Translations under genes and position numbers: made by a program
Shown: one piece after another, positions 18,819 through 28,778 of the stretch
How the letters are laid out: each line of letters starts with the position of its first letter
How positions within the stretch are numbered: the first letter of the stretch is position 1
The notes under the pieces: generated by a model
Told to the model about the DNA's origin: nothing
Database searches by the model: none
Seen by the model: only the letters and a program-made list of their open reading frames with translations
Virus record (IMG/VR): IMGVR_UViG_2934356561_000002
Location: 28,017 to 92,016 of that record
Length of the DNA stretch: 64,000 bases
Reading direction: 5' to 3' (one strand)
From: a virus
Taxonomy: Duplodnaviria > Caudoviricetes

Positions 18819-19541
18819 TCAGGCGGCGTCGGTGCGGCGGAAGCCCATCTGTTCGGCGCGCTTGCGGGCGCGCGCGTTGATGTCGTCCTTGGTGGCCGCG
18901 ATGCGCGGCGGGCCTCCGGCGGGGGCACCGGCCGGCGCTGGGGGCAATGCTCCGGCGGGCGGTGGGGTGGTGCCGAAGAGTTCGGGGCGGCGGGTCTTGA
19001 GCGCGACGGCGGCTTCCTGGAGCGTCGCTTCGTCAGCGTCGTCCGGCACGCGGAGCAGGGCCGTGGCGTCGTCGAGGTCGTCGCCGGTCGCACCGAGCCC
19101 GACGAGGACGGCGCGGCGGTTCGCGGCACGCTCACGGGCCTCGGCGGCCTTCTCGCGGGCTTCTGCCTTCGCTTCACGGTCGGCAAGCTCGCGCTCGCGC
19201 TTCTCCTGCTCGGACAGGGCGTCGTCCTGCGCCTTCCGGGCTGCGGCGATGAACGTCTCAGCGTCCTCGATGCTGCTGAAACCGTGCTTCTCCGCGAACT
19301 CCTTGGCTGCGGACCGCTTCCCCTGGGCCTTCTCCTTCGCGGCGAGCGCCTCGACTTCGGCCTGAGTGAAGGTGCGCTGCGCGGGCGGGGAGGGCTTCGG
19401 CGGGTCTGTCGGGTCCGGGGCGCCCCCAGCGGGCGGGTCGCCGCCGTCGTTGTAGAACACGCCGAGTCCGGTGACGCCGGCGTAGGGGTGCGCCCACACC
19501 GTGTTGGCGGGGGTGGTGTGGTGCTGCGTGGGGCGACGCAT
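18819..19541 (-). CDS. capsid scaffolding protein
   Basis: TFTQAEV...LSEQEK coiled coil, RPELFG. Confidence 0.8.
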   Translation of the reverse strand: MRRPTQHHTTPANTVWAHPYAGVTGLGVFYNDGGDPPAGGAPDPTDPPKPSPPAQRTFTQAEVEALAAKEKAQGKRSAAKEFAEKHGFSSIEDAETFIAAARKAQDDALSEQEKRERELADREAKAEAREKAAEARERAANRRAVLVGLGATGDDLDDATALLRVPDDADEATLQEAAVALKTRRPELFGTTPPPAGALPPAPAGAPAGGPPRIAATKDDINARARKRAEQMGFRRTDAA

Positions 19542-19606
19542 GAGCGCAAGTCCTCCCAGACTCGTACCAGGCCCCGCGCCTTGATCCAAGGAAAGCACGA
19601 CTGTGT

Positions 19607-21466
19607 TCACTTGTTGCCCCCGCTCCCCCGCTGCCCATGCTGCGCAGGCCCGTTGCCCTGGTCATTGACGGGCACGGCGGGCAGCTGCACCGCGGGCGCG
19701 ACGGGCTCGGCCGGTGCTTGGCGACCGAGGAACTTGGCGACCTCCTCCGGGTTTCCGAGGGCGTCGGCGAGGAGACGGGCCTGCTCGAAGCTGCGGGCCT
19801 GAATCTGCTCGATCTCCTTCTCCGCGTCCTCGATCGGCCACCCGGCCTCGGCCAGCATGCGGATCGCGGTCTCGAGGCTGATGACCTTTGCCTGGTAGGC
19901 GGTGGTGACCTGCTCGAGGATGGCGGCCTTGTCGGTCGGCGTGTACGGGCCGCGGACCAACTTGGCGGGGAGCGGCGTGACACCGGCCCAGTCGGGGTGC
20001 TGGCCGGCGATAAACAGGCGCTGCACGAAGCGGAGCAGCAGCATGTCCTTGTGGGCGCGGGCGAGCCGCATCCCGGCAATGAGTGAGTCGAGCGGTCCGA
20101 GGGACAGCTGCAGGGCGTACCCGGACGGGACCTTGGACGGGTCCATGGTCCCGAGGGAAACGGCGGGGAGGCGGACGACGTTCGCGGCCCGGTCGGCAAG
20201 GTCGTGTCCGTGCTCCCGGAGTTCACGGAGCGCTGGGGACGTGTCGACGGTTGTCAGCTTGCCGTTCTCGCCCAACGTGAACATGGCGCCAGGGCCGACG
20301 GCATACTGCTGCCTGCCGTCGGTCACGCCGGAGATCCCGACCATCGGAAGTCCGGTGGTCGCGGAGGCGCGGGCACTGTCCGTGTCGGTGGAGGCGAGCT
20401 CGTCGAACGCCTGAAGGGCCTTCGCAAGGGACGACTGCCCCCAGTGCTCCTCGGCGGGCGGAACGGTGTTCGGGGTGTGGATGACCGGGATGAAGTCGAT
20501 GTACAGGTCGAGATGGTCCAGGACCTCCCCCGCGCCGTTCGACGCGAAGACCGCCCGGTCCATGGGCAGACTGTCGACGTCGACCGCGCCCTTCAGATCG
20601 CCGAGCTCCCACGTGGCGTCGGTGAGGTAGCACGTGCGGTAGCTGGGCCGGTCGTTCCACGCGTACTGGCGGGAGATGCCGCCCTGGGCGTCGACCTGGT
20701 CCCCGGCGCCCACTACCGGCGTGGGCGGGGTGGCCTCGGTCGTCACGGGGGCACGAACGGCCCGGCCTTGCTGGTCGACGCCGGATGCGGTGGCCGGGCG
20801 AATCCAGTCCATCTCGTACGTGATGCGGCGCAGCCGTGCCTTCAGGCCGCGCTTCGGGTCCTCGGGGAGCTCCCAGGCAAGGTGGACGCGTTCGGGGAAG
20901 TCCGCGCCGTCACCGTCCTCGGGCAGCACCGGGAAGTAGAACCCGGGGTCGTACGTCCGAAGGCGTGGCCGCTGCTTGTCCGGGTCCCAGTACAGGAGGT
21001 ATACCCCGTCCCCGAGGCCGACCGCTTTCCGCTCGCACTGGAGCATCCGCATCGGCAGGAGTTCGTCGTCGGCCCACTCCCGCAGCAGCTCCTGGACTCG
21101 ATCGGCGGCCGCGGCCTCGGTCTCGTCAGCGGTGTCGGTCTGCTCGGCGCCGGGCGCGGTGATGTGCTGCTCCCGGCCCATGACGTGGGAGACCAGCGTC
21201 TCGATGAACATCGACGGGTCGCCGAACTCGCGGCGCTCCCGTGCGGAAGCGCCGTCACGGATCTCGGCGAGCTCGGCGGCTTGGTTGTTGTCGTATGCGG
21301 CGAGCAGCTTGTACGCGGACAGGCGGCGTTCGTCGGCGGCCGGTACCCAGGAGGCGTGAGCTTCGGAGAACGCGCGGCGGTTGGGCATGCCGAGCGACGG
21401 GTCGCTGTAGATCGGCTTGTAGTTCAGCCACGACCATGCGTCGATGACCACGCTCTTGAGGCCCAC
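19607..21466 (-). CDS. portal protein
   Basis: Between TerL and scaffold; HTPNT...HWGQSSL, PSGYAL, ISLETA motifs. Confidence 0.8.
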   Translation of the reverse strand: MGLKSVVIDAWSWLNYKPIYSDPSLGMPNRRAFSEAHASWVPAADERRLSAYKLLAAYDNNQAAELAEIRDGASARERREFGDPSMFIETLVSHVMGREQHITAPGAEQTDTADETEAAAADRVQELLREWADDELLPMRMLQCERKAVGLGDGVYLLYWDPDKQRPRLRTYDPGFYFPVLPEDGDGADFPERVHLAWELPEDPKRGLKARLRRITYEMDWIRPATASGVDQQGRAVRAPVTTEATPPTPVVGAGDQVDAQGGISRQYAWNDRPSYRTCYLTDATWELGDLKGAVDVDSLPMDRAVFASNGAGEVLDHLDLYIDFIPVIHTPNTVPPAEEHWGQSSLAKALQAFDELASTDTDSARASATTGLPMVGISGVTDGRQQYAVGPGAMFTLGENGKLTTVDTSPALRELREHGHDLADRAANVVRLPAVSLGTMDPSKVPSGYALQLSLGPLDSLIAGMRLARAHKDMLLLRFVQRLFIAGQHPDWAGVTPLPAKLVRGPYTPTDKAAILEQVTTAYQAKVISLETAIRMLAEAGWPIEDAEKEIEQIQARSFEQARLLADALGNPEEVAKFLGRQAPAEPVAPAVQLPAVPVNDQGNGPAQHGQRGSGGNK

Positions 21467-21653
21467 GGGGCACACCTCCGCACCAGGCCCCGCGCCATGC
21501 GATCAGGTTACGGGCGCGAGCCCTGGATGCTGCCCCTGCCGCATTTCGGCGAATCTGTACCGAGCCGCTGTCCTGTGTGCATAGGGTGTCCACATGGCGA
21601 CCGTGTGTCGCAGCGTCACTTCCCCCTGCACGTCTATCGAAAGGGGAGCAGTG

Positions 21654-21776
21654 ATGGCTGGACGTCGCAGGAAGCCGCGTGTGAAACGAGGTGGGGCCCT
21701 GAGAACAGGGCTCGATGTTGCACTTTGGGTCCTACGCCTGGCTCAGTTAGCAGCCGACCAGGGGTGGATCTCCTAG
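21654..21776 (+). CDS. 40-aa basic/hydrophobic peptide
   Basis: AAGGGGAG RBS, ATG, followed by a hairpin. Confidence 0.5.
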   Translation: MAGRRRKPRVKRGGALRTGLDVALWVLRLAQLAADQGWIS

Positions 21777-21811
21777 CGCAACGGTCCCGGCTCAGGGCCG
21801 CCTCAACCGGC

Positions 21812-21845
21812 CCCCGGTGACCATCGGTCGCCGGGGGTCTTCTCG
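21812..21845 (+). terminator. intrinsic terminator-like hairpin
   Basis: CCCCCGGTGACC-ATC-GGTCGCCGGGGG followed by TCTTCT. Confidence 0.6.
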
Positions 21846-22066
21846 TGCAACTCGGGGCACTATTTAGTGCGCTGGTGTTGCCTAGGCCAATGTAGCCATG
21901 CGACACGATAATTGCAGCATGTTCTTGCGGGTTCCTACTCGGTTTTGCGATGCGCTACGTCAGCCCGTAATGCTCTCGCCTGCGATTTCGCCGATCCGGA
22001 TTCGCTGTTCGGGAATCACGTATTTCATACCCGTATTGCATCTGTCATATGCCAGAGGGATGCAGG

Positions 22067-23614
22067 CTACCGGCGTCCGGCCAGCCGTTGGTCGCTGTAC
22101 GGTCTGCTGCCAGTGGACAGGGAAGCGGGGTCGGCGAGTTCTGTAAGCCCGTGCACGGCGGCATCCATGCGGTCGGGGCTGTCCATGCCTGGGATCCAGG
22201 TGACCATCTGCCGCTCCAGCTCGGGGAACTCGCCGATGTGGTGCGCTTTCCCCTGTTCGTAGAGCTGGGCGATCGGTTCGGCGCGCAGTCTCTTGCCCTG
22301 CTTGGCGCTGACCTCCACGATCCGCGGCATCGACATGCCCTTGGTGAGGCCTTCACGCTCCAGCTCGGCCCAGGCCTGGAGGACGACTTGACGGGTCATG
22401 TCGCCACCAAAGTTCGTCTCCACGACGAAGGCGTCCGCGCCGAGCTCAATGGTCAGAAGGCAAGCTTCGCGACCCCACGCGTTGGCGCCGTGCCTGCCAG
22501 ACTTGTCGGCCAGTACGTACAGCTCGCCGTTCGTGTCCCGGCCTGAGGCGACGATGCCGGTCTCGTCGTGGGTGTGGCTGGAGCCACCGGAGGGGTCGAT
22601 GGCCACGACGATACGGGCGAGGTCGACGCCGCGGAAGGCGACGGAGGAGACGCGATTGCCGGTGATCCATGCCCACTGCCAGACGCCTCCTTCGAGCGGT
22701 CTCGGCTGCTGCTGATAGAGGGACCACCAGACGCGTTCGCCGACGCTCTTGCGGATACGGGCGTAGTCCTCTGTGGAGAACCGGTCTGGCCAGAGAGCTT
22801 CGCCGGGCTGTCGGCCGAGGGGGTCGTCGGAGGTGAGGGCGATGGCTGGCAGGTCGATGACGATCCAGTCTTCGGGTTCCTCTTTCAAGAGCCGGCCCGA
22901 GAGGTCGTCGTCGTCCCAGCGGGTGTTCACCAGCAGCACGGAGCCTTGGGGTTCGAGACGGGTGAGGAGAACGGCCTGCCACCAGTCCCACACACGGTCG
23001 CGCATGGTGGGGGATCCGGCGTCTTCGGAGCCTTTGAAGGGGTCGTCCACAGCCGCAACGTGCGCGCCGCGGCCCGTGAGCGCCCCTCCGACGCCTGCGG
23101 TGACCATGCCGCCTTCGTGGCCGTTGATGTCGAAGCGGTTGGCTGCCTGGGATCCGTAGCGGAGGTCGATGCCGAGAGTGGGGGCGTGTTCGGTGATGGT
23201 GTTGCGGACCCATCGCCCGTGGTCGTCGGCGAGGTGGGCAGCGTAGGAGGCGAGCATGAAGCGGTGGTCGGGTTGCCTGCGCAGGTACCAGACGGGGCCC
23301 CAGCGGGAGGTACGACGGGACTTCCCGGCGCGCGGCGGCATGGTCACCATGACCTTCAGGCGTTCGCCAGCGGCGATGCGCTGGTAAATCCGGTCGATGA
23401 TGTCCAGGTGGGGGGCCTGCATTTCGCGGCCGCCGGTGAGCACGCTGGACATGGCCCCGGGTGAGCGGTCCAGGGCCATGCCGCGCTCCACATGGGCGAG
23501 GCGGAGGCGTAGGTCGGGGGATGCGTGCCCGGCGATACGGCGCCGCTCTGCAACTGGGAGGGATCGGTAAAGGGCGAGGGCTTCCCCTTCCAGGTCAAGC
23601 GCCGTTGTCGTCAT
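22067..23614 (-). CDS. terL: terminase large subunit
   Basis: MPPRAGKS Walker A, AVDDP Walker B, VAIDPS and SPDRMDA nuclease motifs. Confidence 0.95.
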   Translation of the reverse strand: MTTTALDLEGEALALYRSLPVAERRRIAGHASPDLRLRLAHVERGMALDRSPGAMSSVLTGGREMQAPHLDIIDRIYQRIAAGERLKVMVTMPPRAGKSRRTSRWGPVWYLRRQPDHRFMLASYAAHLADDHGRWVRNTITEHAPTLGIDLRYGSQAANRFDINGHEGGMVTAGVGGALTGRGAHVAAVDDPFKGSEDAGSPTMRDRVWDWWQAVLLTRLEPQGSVLLVNTRWDDDDLSGRLLKEEPEDWIVIDLPAIALTSDDPLGRQPGEALWPDRFSTEDYARIRKSVGERVWWSLYQQQPRPLEGGVWQWAWITGNRVSSVAFRGVDLARIVVAIDPSGGSSHTHDETGIVASGRDTNGELYVLADKSGRHGANAWGREACLLTIELGADAFVVETNFGGDMTRQVVLQAWAELEREGLTKGMSMPRIVEVSAKQGKRLRAEPIAQLYEQGKAHHIGEFPELERQMVTWIPGMDSPDRMDAAVHGLTELADPASLSTGSRPYSDQRLAGRR

Positions 23615-24119
23615 CCTGTCCCTCGGTGCTACTGGTGGTCTCTGGGTCGCCTGCGGTGGCCATGAGGGAGGTCAGCTCGGCAAGGGTGTTGCCCAGCGGA
23701 ATGGCACCGCCTTCCGGCCCTGAGACCTCGTTCTTGACGGGCATGTCGAGGCCGTTGAGCTTGGCCCGGCGGTCCATGAGCTTGAGGACGGTATCGACGG
23801 CCTTCAGGTCGATTTCCCGGGCTATCTCGATGCCTTCGCGGTCGAAGACAGGGCTGGGGGTGGTGGCCTTGCCCCAGACGGCTTCGAGGAGGGAATCGAG
23901 GCGTTCGTTCTCCTGCTGCCGGTACACGCTGACCTCCGCGGCTTCGTCGTCGCGGCGTGCCTGGAGGCCGCGGATGACGTCCTTGCTCGCGGCACCGGGG
24001 GTGGAGTAGCCGAGGGCGAGAATCCGCGGGTCGTCGTACTTGACGCCCTGAAGGCGTAGCTGGAACAGCTTGGTGCGTCGTTCGGAGGTGAGGGCTTGCT
24101 TGGCTTTGGAGGCTGGCAT
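23595..24119 (-). CDS. terS: terminase small subunit
   Basis: Overlaps the terL start; ERLDSL...DRRAKLNGLD...EVSGPEGG. Confidence 0.8.
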   Translation of the reverse strand: MPASKAKQALTSERRTKLFQLRLQGVKYDDPRILALGYSTPGAASKDVIRGLQARRDDEAAEVSVYRQQENERLDSLLEAVWGKATTPSPVFDREGIEIAREIDLKAVDTVLKLMDRRAKLNGLDMPVKNEVSGPEGGAIPLGNTLAELTSLMATAGDPETTSSTEGQDDDNGA

Positions 24120-24230
24120 GGCGGTCGGGGCTCCCGCTTTGTTGTCGTCAGGCCCCGCGCCTGTTACTGATGATCCCCGATGTGGGGGTTTTCCTTCCCC
24201 CTGCCCGGCCTGGGTGGCATTCTGCGCCGC

Positions 24231-24917
24231 ATGAGACGTATGCGTGGGGTGGGGGCGGTCGTGGTGGGGATCGCCGCGGCGGTCGTGTTGTCCGGGTGTG
24301 GAAGTAGCGGCGGTGATGAGGCGAAGCCGGCCCCGTCTGCGTCGAAAGGGGCCGTCGATCCGAAGCCCTCGGAGCCGGAGCCGTCGGTGGAGTACCCAGC
24401 GACACCTGAGGGCGACGTCGACAGGCTTGCGGATGAGAAGGGGTGGGTTGTCGACGATCTGTACCCGTCGGCGTCGGACTTCGTGGCGGACATCTGTGAG
24501 TCGCTGCCGGTGAGCGCAGTGGATGGGGCGTCGCGGCCGCAGTGGCTGGCCGAGTCCGGGAACATGGACGGCGACGGCAAGGCGGTGCTGCAGGCGGGGA
24601 TCCCGAAGCTGTGCCCGAAGTGGACGTCGGTGCTGAAGCAGGCGGTGTCGGGGAAGTACGACCGCTGGTTCGGTGACGGCACGTATGTGGTGTCGAGCAA
24701 GCCAGCGGCCGCCGACGAGAACGAGGAAACGATCCCGCCGGGCACGTACCGGGCCAGGGGCAGCATGAAGGACTGCTACTGGGAGCGGACGGCAAAGTCC
24801 GGGGACATCATCGACAACCGTCTCGCGACATCGGCGCAGGAGATCAGGGTGACGATACGGGCGTCGGACGGGCAGTTCACATCGGAGCGGTGCGCGGTCT
24901 GGAAGCCGGTGAAGTAG
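24231..24917 (+). CDS. lipoprotein
   Basis: Signal peptide with lipobox LSGC; GDGTYVV...PGTYR...CYWER C-terminal domain. Confidence 0.85.
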   Translation: MRRMRGVGAVVVGIAAAVVLSGCGSSGGDEAKPAPSASKGAVDPKPSEPEPSVEYPATPEGDVDRLADEKGWVVDDLYPSASDFVADICESLPVSAVDGASRPQWLAESGNMDGDGKAVLQAGIPKLCPKWTSVLKQAVSGKYDRWFGDGTYVVSSKPAAADENEETIPPGTYRARGSMKDCYWERTAKSGDIIDNRLATSAQEIRVTIRASDGQFTSERCAVWKPVK

Positions 24918-25065
24918 GCACTGACACGAAGCCGGGTCTGGTGTTTGGGTTTCCGGGGGTTATGCGTGGCACGGCCTGGCCGGGGAGTGGGCGCGGGGAC
25001 ACCGGGGCTCCCTGGCCGGCCGTGCAGTTCAATCATGGCGTATGGATGGGGGTTTGTCCGGGCTG

Positions 25066-25542
25066 CTACTCCCCCGGCCGCGGCTTCGGGGTGATGGGCC
25101 GGTTGATGTGGGGGTGTTCGACTTCGACGCCGATGCCTGCGGCTCGGAGGCCGATGGCGATCTCCTCAGCAACTGCAACTGAGCGATGGCGACCTCCCCC
25201 ACACATCACGTGAATGTCGACGCGGAGAGCCTGCGGGCCTGCCCACTGGTGCAGGTTCTCAGGCGCGAGGAGGAAGCGGGCCTTGGCGACGACCTGGTCG
25301 ACGAGGCGACAGGCTCCAGGGGTCGCCATGACGTAGCGGCGGACTTCGGGGTTGAGACCGTTGGACTCCATCATGCGGGCACGGACGGCGGGGTCTTCGG
25401 GCGGGTTACGGAGACCTCGGGTGTCGACGTGGAGGGCGTTGCCGGTGGGGGTGTCGGCGTGGTTTTCGCCGTAGCTGGTGATGACGGTCTGGATGTGGCG
25501 GGTGCTGTAGAGGGCGGAGAGGTCGTCAGGGGCGGCGTCCAT
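25066..25542 (-). CDS. RapZ C-terminal-domain-like protein
   Basis: ITSYG...DTRGLRNP...CGGGRHRSVAVAE...VEH. Confidence 0.8.
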   Translation of the reverse strand: MDAAPDDLSALYSTRHIQTVITSYGENHADTPTGNALHVDTRGLRNPPEDPAVRARMMESNGLNPEVRRYVMATPGACRLVDQVVAKARFLLAPENLHQWAGPQALRVDIHVMCGGGRHRSVAVAEEIAIGLRAAGIGVEVEHPHINRPITPKPRPGE

Positions 25543-25570
25543 GTGTCCTCCGGGCGAGTGGTGGGCTGGG

Positions 25571-26206
25571 CTATTGGCCGGCGTGGGAGGCGCGGCGGAT
25601 GGTGGAGTCGATGAGGCCGAGGGCGTCGGTGGCAGTGCGGCCAGGGGCCCGGTTCCATCCGCCGATAAGTCCCGTCCACCCTTGGTGTCGGAGTTCGGTG
25701 AGGAGCCATGCGCCGGCCTGGTTCATGGTGTCGGTGGATCCATAGCCGAGGCGGTGCGCGGTGAGCATCCCGCCGCACACGCATCGGGCGCCGCGCCCGT
25801 TCCGAAGCCGGTACGGCTCGTTCATCCATCCCCACTCCACAATCACCTGACGGGCGTAGGCAAGGTGCGTGGAGGGTCGGATGTCGGCCTGTCCGATACG
25901 GCGCCAGGTGTGGAGGCGGTCGGGGAGGATCGCGCCGATACGGCCGGGGAGGGCGCGTTCGGTGGGCGGTAGGGCGGGGATGGAGCGGACGGCGTCGGTA
26001 ATGAGCTGGTCGACGGGAACGGAGAGAAGGTTCCGCCAATCCCCTGGTCCAGCGTCTGCCGGGGCCTGGGGCGCTTCGGCTGCCGCGCGCGGGGTGGGCT
26101 CGGGGGCGGTGTACTGCCAGTTGGTGACGATCTGCTGCCAGACGGCGGTGTCGTAGAGGCGGGCGGCCTTGAGGTCGAGCTGGTCGGGGGTCAGGGTGGC
26201 GGTCAC
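25571..26206 (-). CDS. hypothetical protein (DUF6197-like)
   Basis: WGW...GARCVCGG...WN..PGRT motif. Confidence 0.65.
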   Translation of the reverse strand: MTATLTPDQLDLKAARLYDTAVWQQIVTNWQYTAPEPTPRAAAEAPQAPADAGPGDWRNLLSVPVDQLITDAVRSIPALPPTERALPGRIGAILPDRLHTWRRIGQADIRPSTHLAYARQVIVEWGWMNEPYRLRNGRGARCVCGGMLTAHRLGYGSTDTMNQAGAWLLTELRHQGWTGLIGGWNRAPGRTATDALGLIDSTIRRASHAGQ

Positions 26207-26375
26207 AGAGTCTCCAGGGGATGGTCCCTTCTCGTGGTGAGGGGGATGTCGATGTGGTTGGTTCGGAGCGCCCGTCGTAGGGGCTTCGGTGTTCGGTGGT
26301 GTGGGGGGCGAGTTGTGTGATGAGGAGCCGCCCGCCGGGGAGGCGGGCGGCGATCACCTGGTGCGGGGTGGTGGT

Positions 26376-28778
26376 TCAGTTCTGGGGCTTGCGGAGTACG
26401 GGGTGGTTGCCGTGCTCGTCAGGGGTGGCGCTGATGACGCCGTCGGCGGCGAGGTCAGCGATGACCGTGTTGGCTACCTCCCAGCCGATGCGGAGGTTCC
26501 GCTGAAGGAATGCGGCGGAGGCGTGCTGCTTGGCCACCACCAGTTCCACGGCGTCACCCATGACGGCGATGACTTGGCTGGTGAGACTGTTGTTCGTGCC
26601 CGGCTGGTCTCCGGTGTTGCCTTTTTCGTCGGTGGTCCACACGTAGACGCCGCGGCCCGGCTTCTGGATGTTGGGGTGGGCTGTGAACCAGTTCTGCACG
26701 GCGGTGTCGGACGGGGGTGTTTCGCCCGGGTACAGGGCTTCGAGCCGGGCGCGGACGTCTGCGACGGTGATGCCGTCCTTGCCTGCGTCGCGGACCCAGT
26801 TGGTGACCTCGTCGCGCCGGGGGTGCCGACGGTTGTTCTTCGTCGGCTTGATGAGGTCGACGGCGGCCTGCTTGGTGAGATTTTCGGCCTCGCTGAGCAG
26901 GCGCTCAACTGCGGCGGGGTCCAGTGCGGGCTCGGCTTCGGCGGCGGCCGGGGCCTGGGCCTGCTCGTATTGCTTGGCGCGCTCGATGTAGGAGTCGATG
27001 GAGGGCAGCGGGGCGATGGTTCCCGTGGCCGCGGCAGCTGACGGGCGGGCGGGCCGGGCCGGGCCCTGAGGTGCCGGGGCGGGGGTTGCGGGTTCGGTGG
27101 TGTTGGCAGGGGTGGGGCGGCCGATGGCGTCGAGGAGCCAGTTGATGCGGTCGGCCGCCCAGCGGGTGGAGTATCCGTAGGGGGCGGCGTCAGCCTGAGA
27201 CTGCTTGTCGAGGTCGGGGCGGATGTCCCAGCGTTCGACGGCCTTCTCCTCGATGACGCGGGCTTCGGTGCCGTCGGGGTGCTCGTCGTCGTCATAGATG
27301 AAGTAGCCCTTGAACTTCTCGGGACCCATGCCGGTCTTGGAGCGCTTCTCGTCGAGGACGTAGAAGGATCCGTCGCCGGGCAGCTTGGACAGGTCGACGC
27401 GCTGGAAGTAGTCGGGGAACACGAACTGGCCTTCGCCCTTCTTGGGGAAGCGGCCTCCGATGACGGTGTCGTACTGGGACATGACTTCGCCGCCGCCGGT
27501 GTTGGGTCCGGTGCCACGCTGGGCTGCGTCGATGTAGTCGACGGCGGCCTTGCGGCCCTTCTTGATGCCGCGGATCTTCTCCTGGATCGCCTCGGGGACG
27601 CGGGACATGAGCTCGGGGTTCTCGTCGGTGATGACGATGAGGGCCGGGGTGGTGGCGGTGGGGCGGATCTTGCCTCCGGGCATGCGGCGGGCACGGCCGT
27701 CGGCGACGGCGACGGATGCCTTGAGGAGACGCACGGCTTCTTCGACCGAGGTGGCGACCCAGTCGAGGATGGGCCGGTCGATGAGCCGGTCGTGCTGGTC
27801 CTTCCACTGCTCGACCCAAGGCCGCAGCCACCGCTTGGCTGTATTGCCCTCGGCCATGTCGATCATCCAGATGACGGCGTCGGTGCAGCGGGTGATGACA
27901 CTGATGATGCAATGGAGCAGGACGGACTTGCCGCTCCCCTTCTTGCCGGCGATGAACACGCTGTTCTGCCGGAACTTGATCTCGAAGGGTTCGCCGGATT
28001 CCAGGGCGCCGAGGGTGAGGGGTTCGGTGATGGTGAGGGGGTGGGTGTCGTCGGGCAGGTCGATGGACTCGGACAGGACGTTGCGGGTGGAGACGTACAG
28101 GACGGCGTCGGAGGCGAGACCGCTGTCGCCGGGGCGGAGGTCGAGGGCGCCGGTACGCAGGTCGCCCTTCTTCGTCTCGATCATCGGCAGCATAGGCAGG
28201 ATCTGGGCGTACGGGGTGCCGGTGAGCTTGAGAGGCAGGGCGTATCCGCCGCGGGTGGTGAACGAGTCCGGCTGCACCTTGACGCCGCGGGCGCCGGCCT
28301 GCTCGAAGAGGCGCTCCCACTCGTTGCCGTCGACGACCTGGTTCTGCTTGGCCTCCTCGGCCCACTGGGCGGCGATCATGTCGTGGCGGAGGTAACGGTC
28401 AACGGCGTAGGCGGGGGTGAGGGCTGCGGTGGCGATCGCGACGGTCGCGGCGGAGGCCATGGTCCACGGGGAGTCGTGGGATGTCCAGGTGAGCCAGGCG
28501 TAGGTGGCGGCGGTCCAGGTCGCGGTGAACGCGGTGTGGAAGGTGCGGGCGGGGACGGTCTGGTGGCGGGTGCGGAACCAGCGGGATGCGGCGGCGGTGA
28601 CGATCCCGGTGATGGAGCCGAGGCCCATGAGAGCGATCGGGAGGCCGGTGCCGTCTGTGGCGAGGTCCATGGCGAGGCCGCCGGCGTACACGGTGGCCGC
28701 GGTGTAGAGCGGCGTGGTGATGGTGCCGTGCCGCCACGGGATCGGCTCGTGGTTGCGGGGGCGGTCGAACATGGACAC
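26376..28778 (-). CDS. traB: TraB-like FtsK/SpoIIIE conjugative DNA translocase
   Basis: N-terminal TM helices, GKKGSGKS Walker A, IWMID, LIVITDE Walker B, AAQR, C-terminal wHTH and FtsK-gamma-like domains. Confidence 0.9.
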   Translation of the reverse strand: MSMFDRPRNHEPIPWRHGTITTPLYTAATVYAGGLAMDLATDGTGLPIALMGLGSITGIVTAAASRWFRTRHQTVPARTFHTAFTATWTAATYAWLTWTSHDSPWTMASAATVAIATAALTPAYAVDRYLRHDMIAAQWAEEAKQNQVVDGNEWERLFEQAGARGVKVQPDSFTTRGGYALPLKLTGTPYAQILPMLPMIETKKGDLRTGALDLRPGDSGLASDAVLYVSTRNVLSESIDLPDDTHPLTITEPLTLGALESGEPFEIKFRQNSVFIAGKKGSGKSVLLHCIISVITRCTDAVIWMIDMAEGNTAKRWLRPWVEQWKDQHDRLIDRPILDWVATSVEEAVRLLKASVAVADGRARRMPGGKIRPTATTPALIVITDENPELMSRVPEAIQEKIRGIKKGRKAAVDYIDAAQRGTGPNTGGGEVMSQYDTVIGGRFPKKGEGQFVFPDYFQRVDLSKLPGDGSFYVLDEKRSKTGMGPEKFKGYFIYDDDEHPDGTEARVIEEKAVERWDIRPDLDKQSQADAAPYGYSTRWAADRINWLLDAIGRPTPANTTEPATPAPAPQGPARPARPSAAAATGTIAPLPSIDSYIERAKQYEQAQAPAAAEAEPALDPAAVERLLSEAENLTKQAAVDLIKPTKNNRRHPRRDEVTNWVRDAGKDGITVADVRARLEALYPGETPPSDTAVQNWFTAHPNIQKPGRGVYVWTTDEKGNTGDQPGTNNSLTSQVIAVMGDAVELVVAKQHASAAFLQRNLRIGWEVANTVIADLAADGVISATPDEHGNHPVLRKPQN

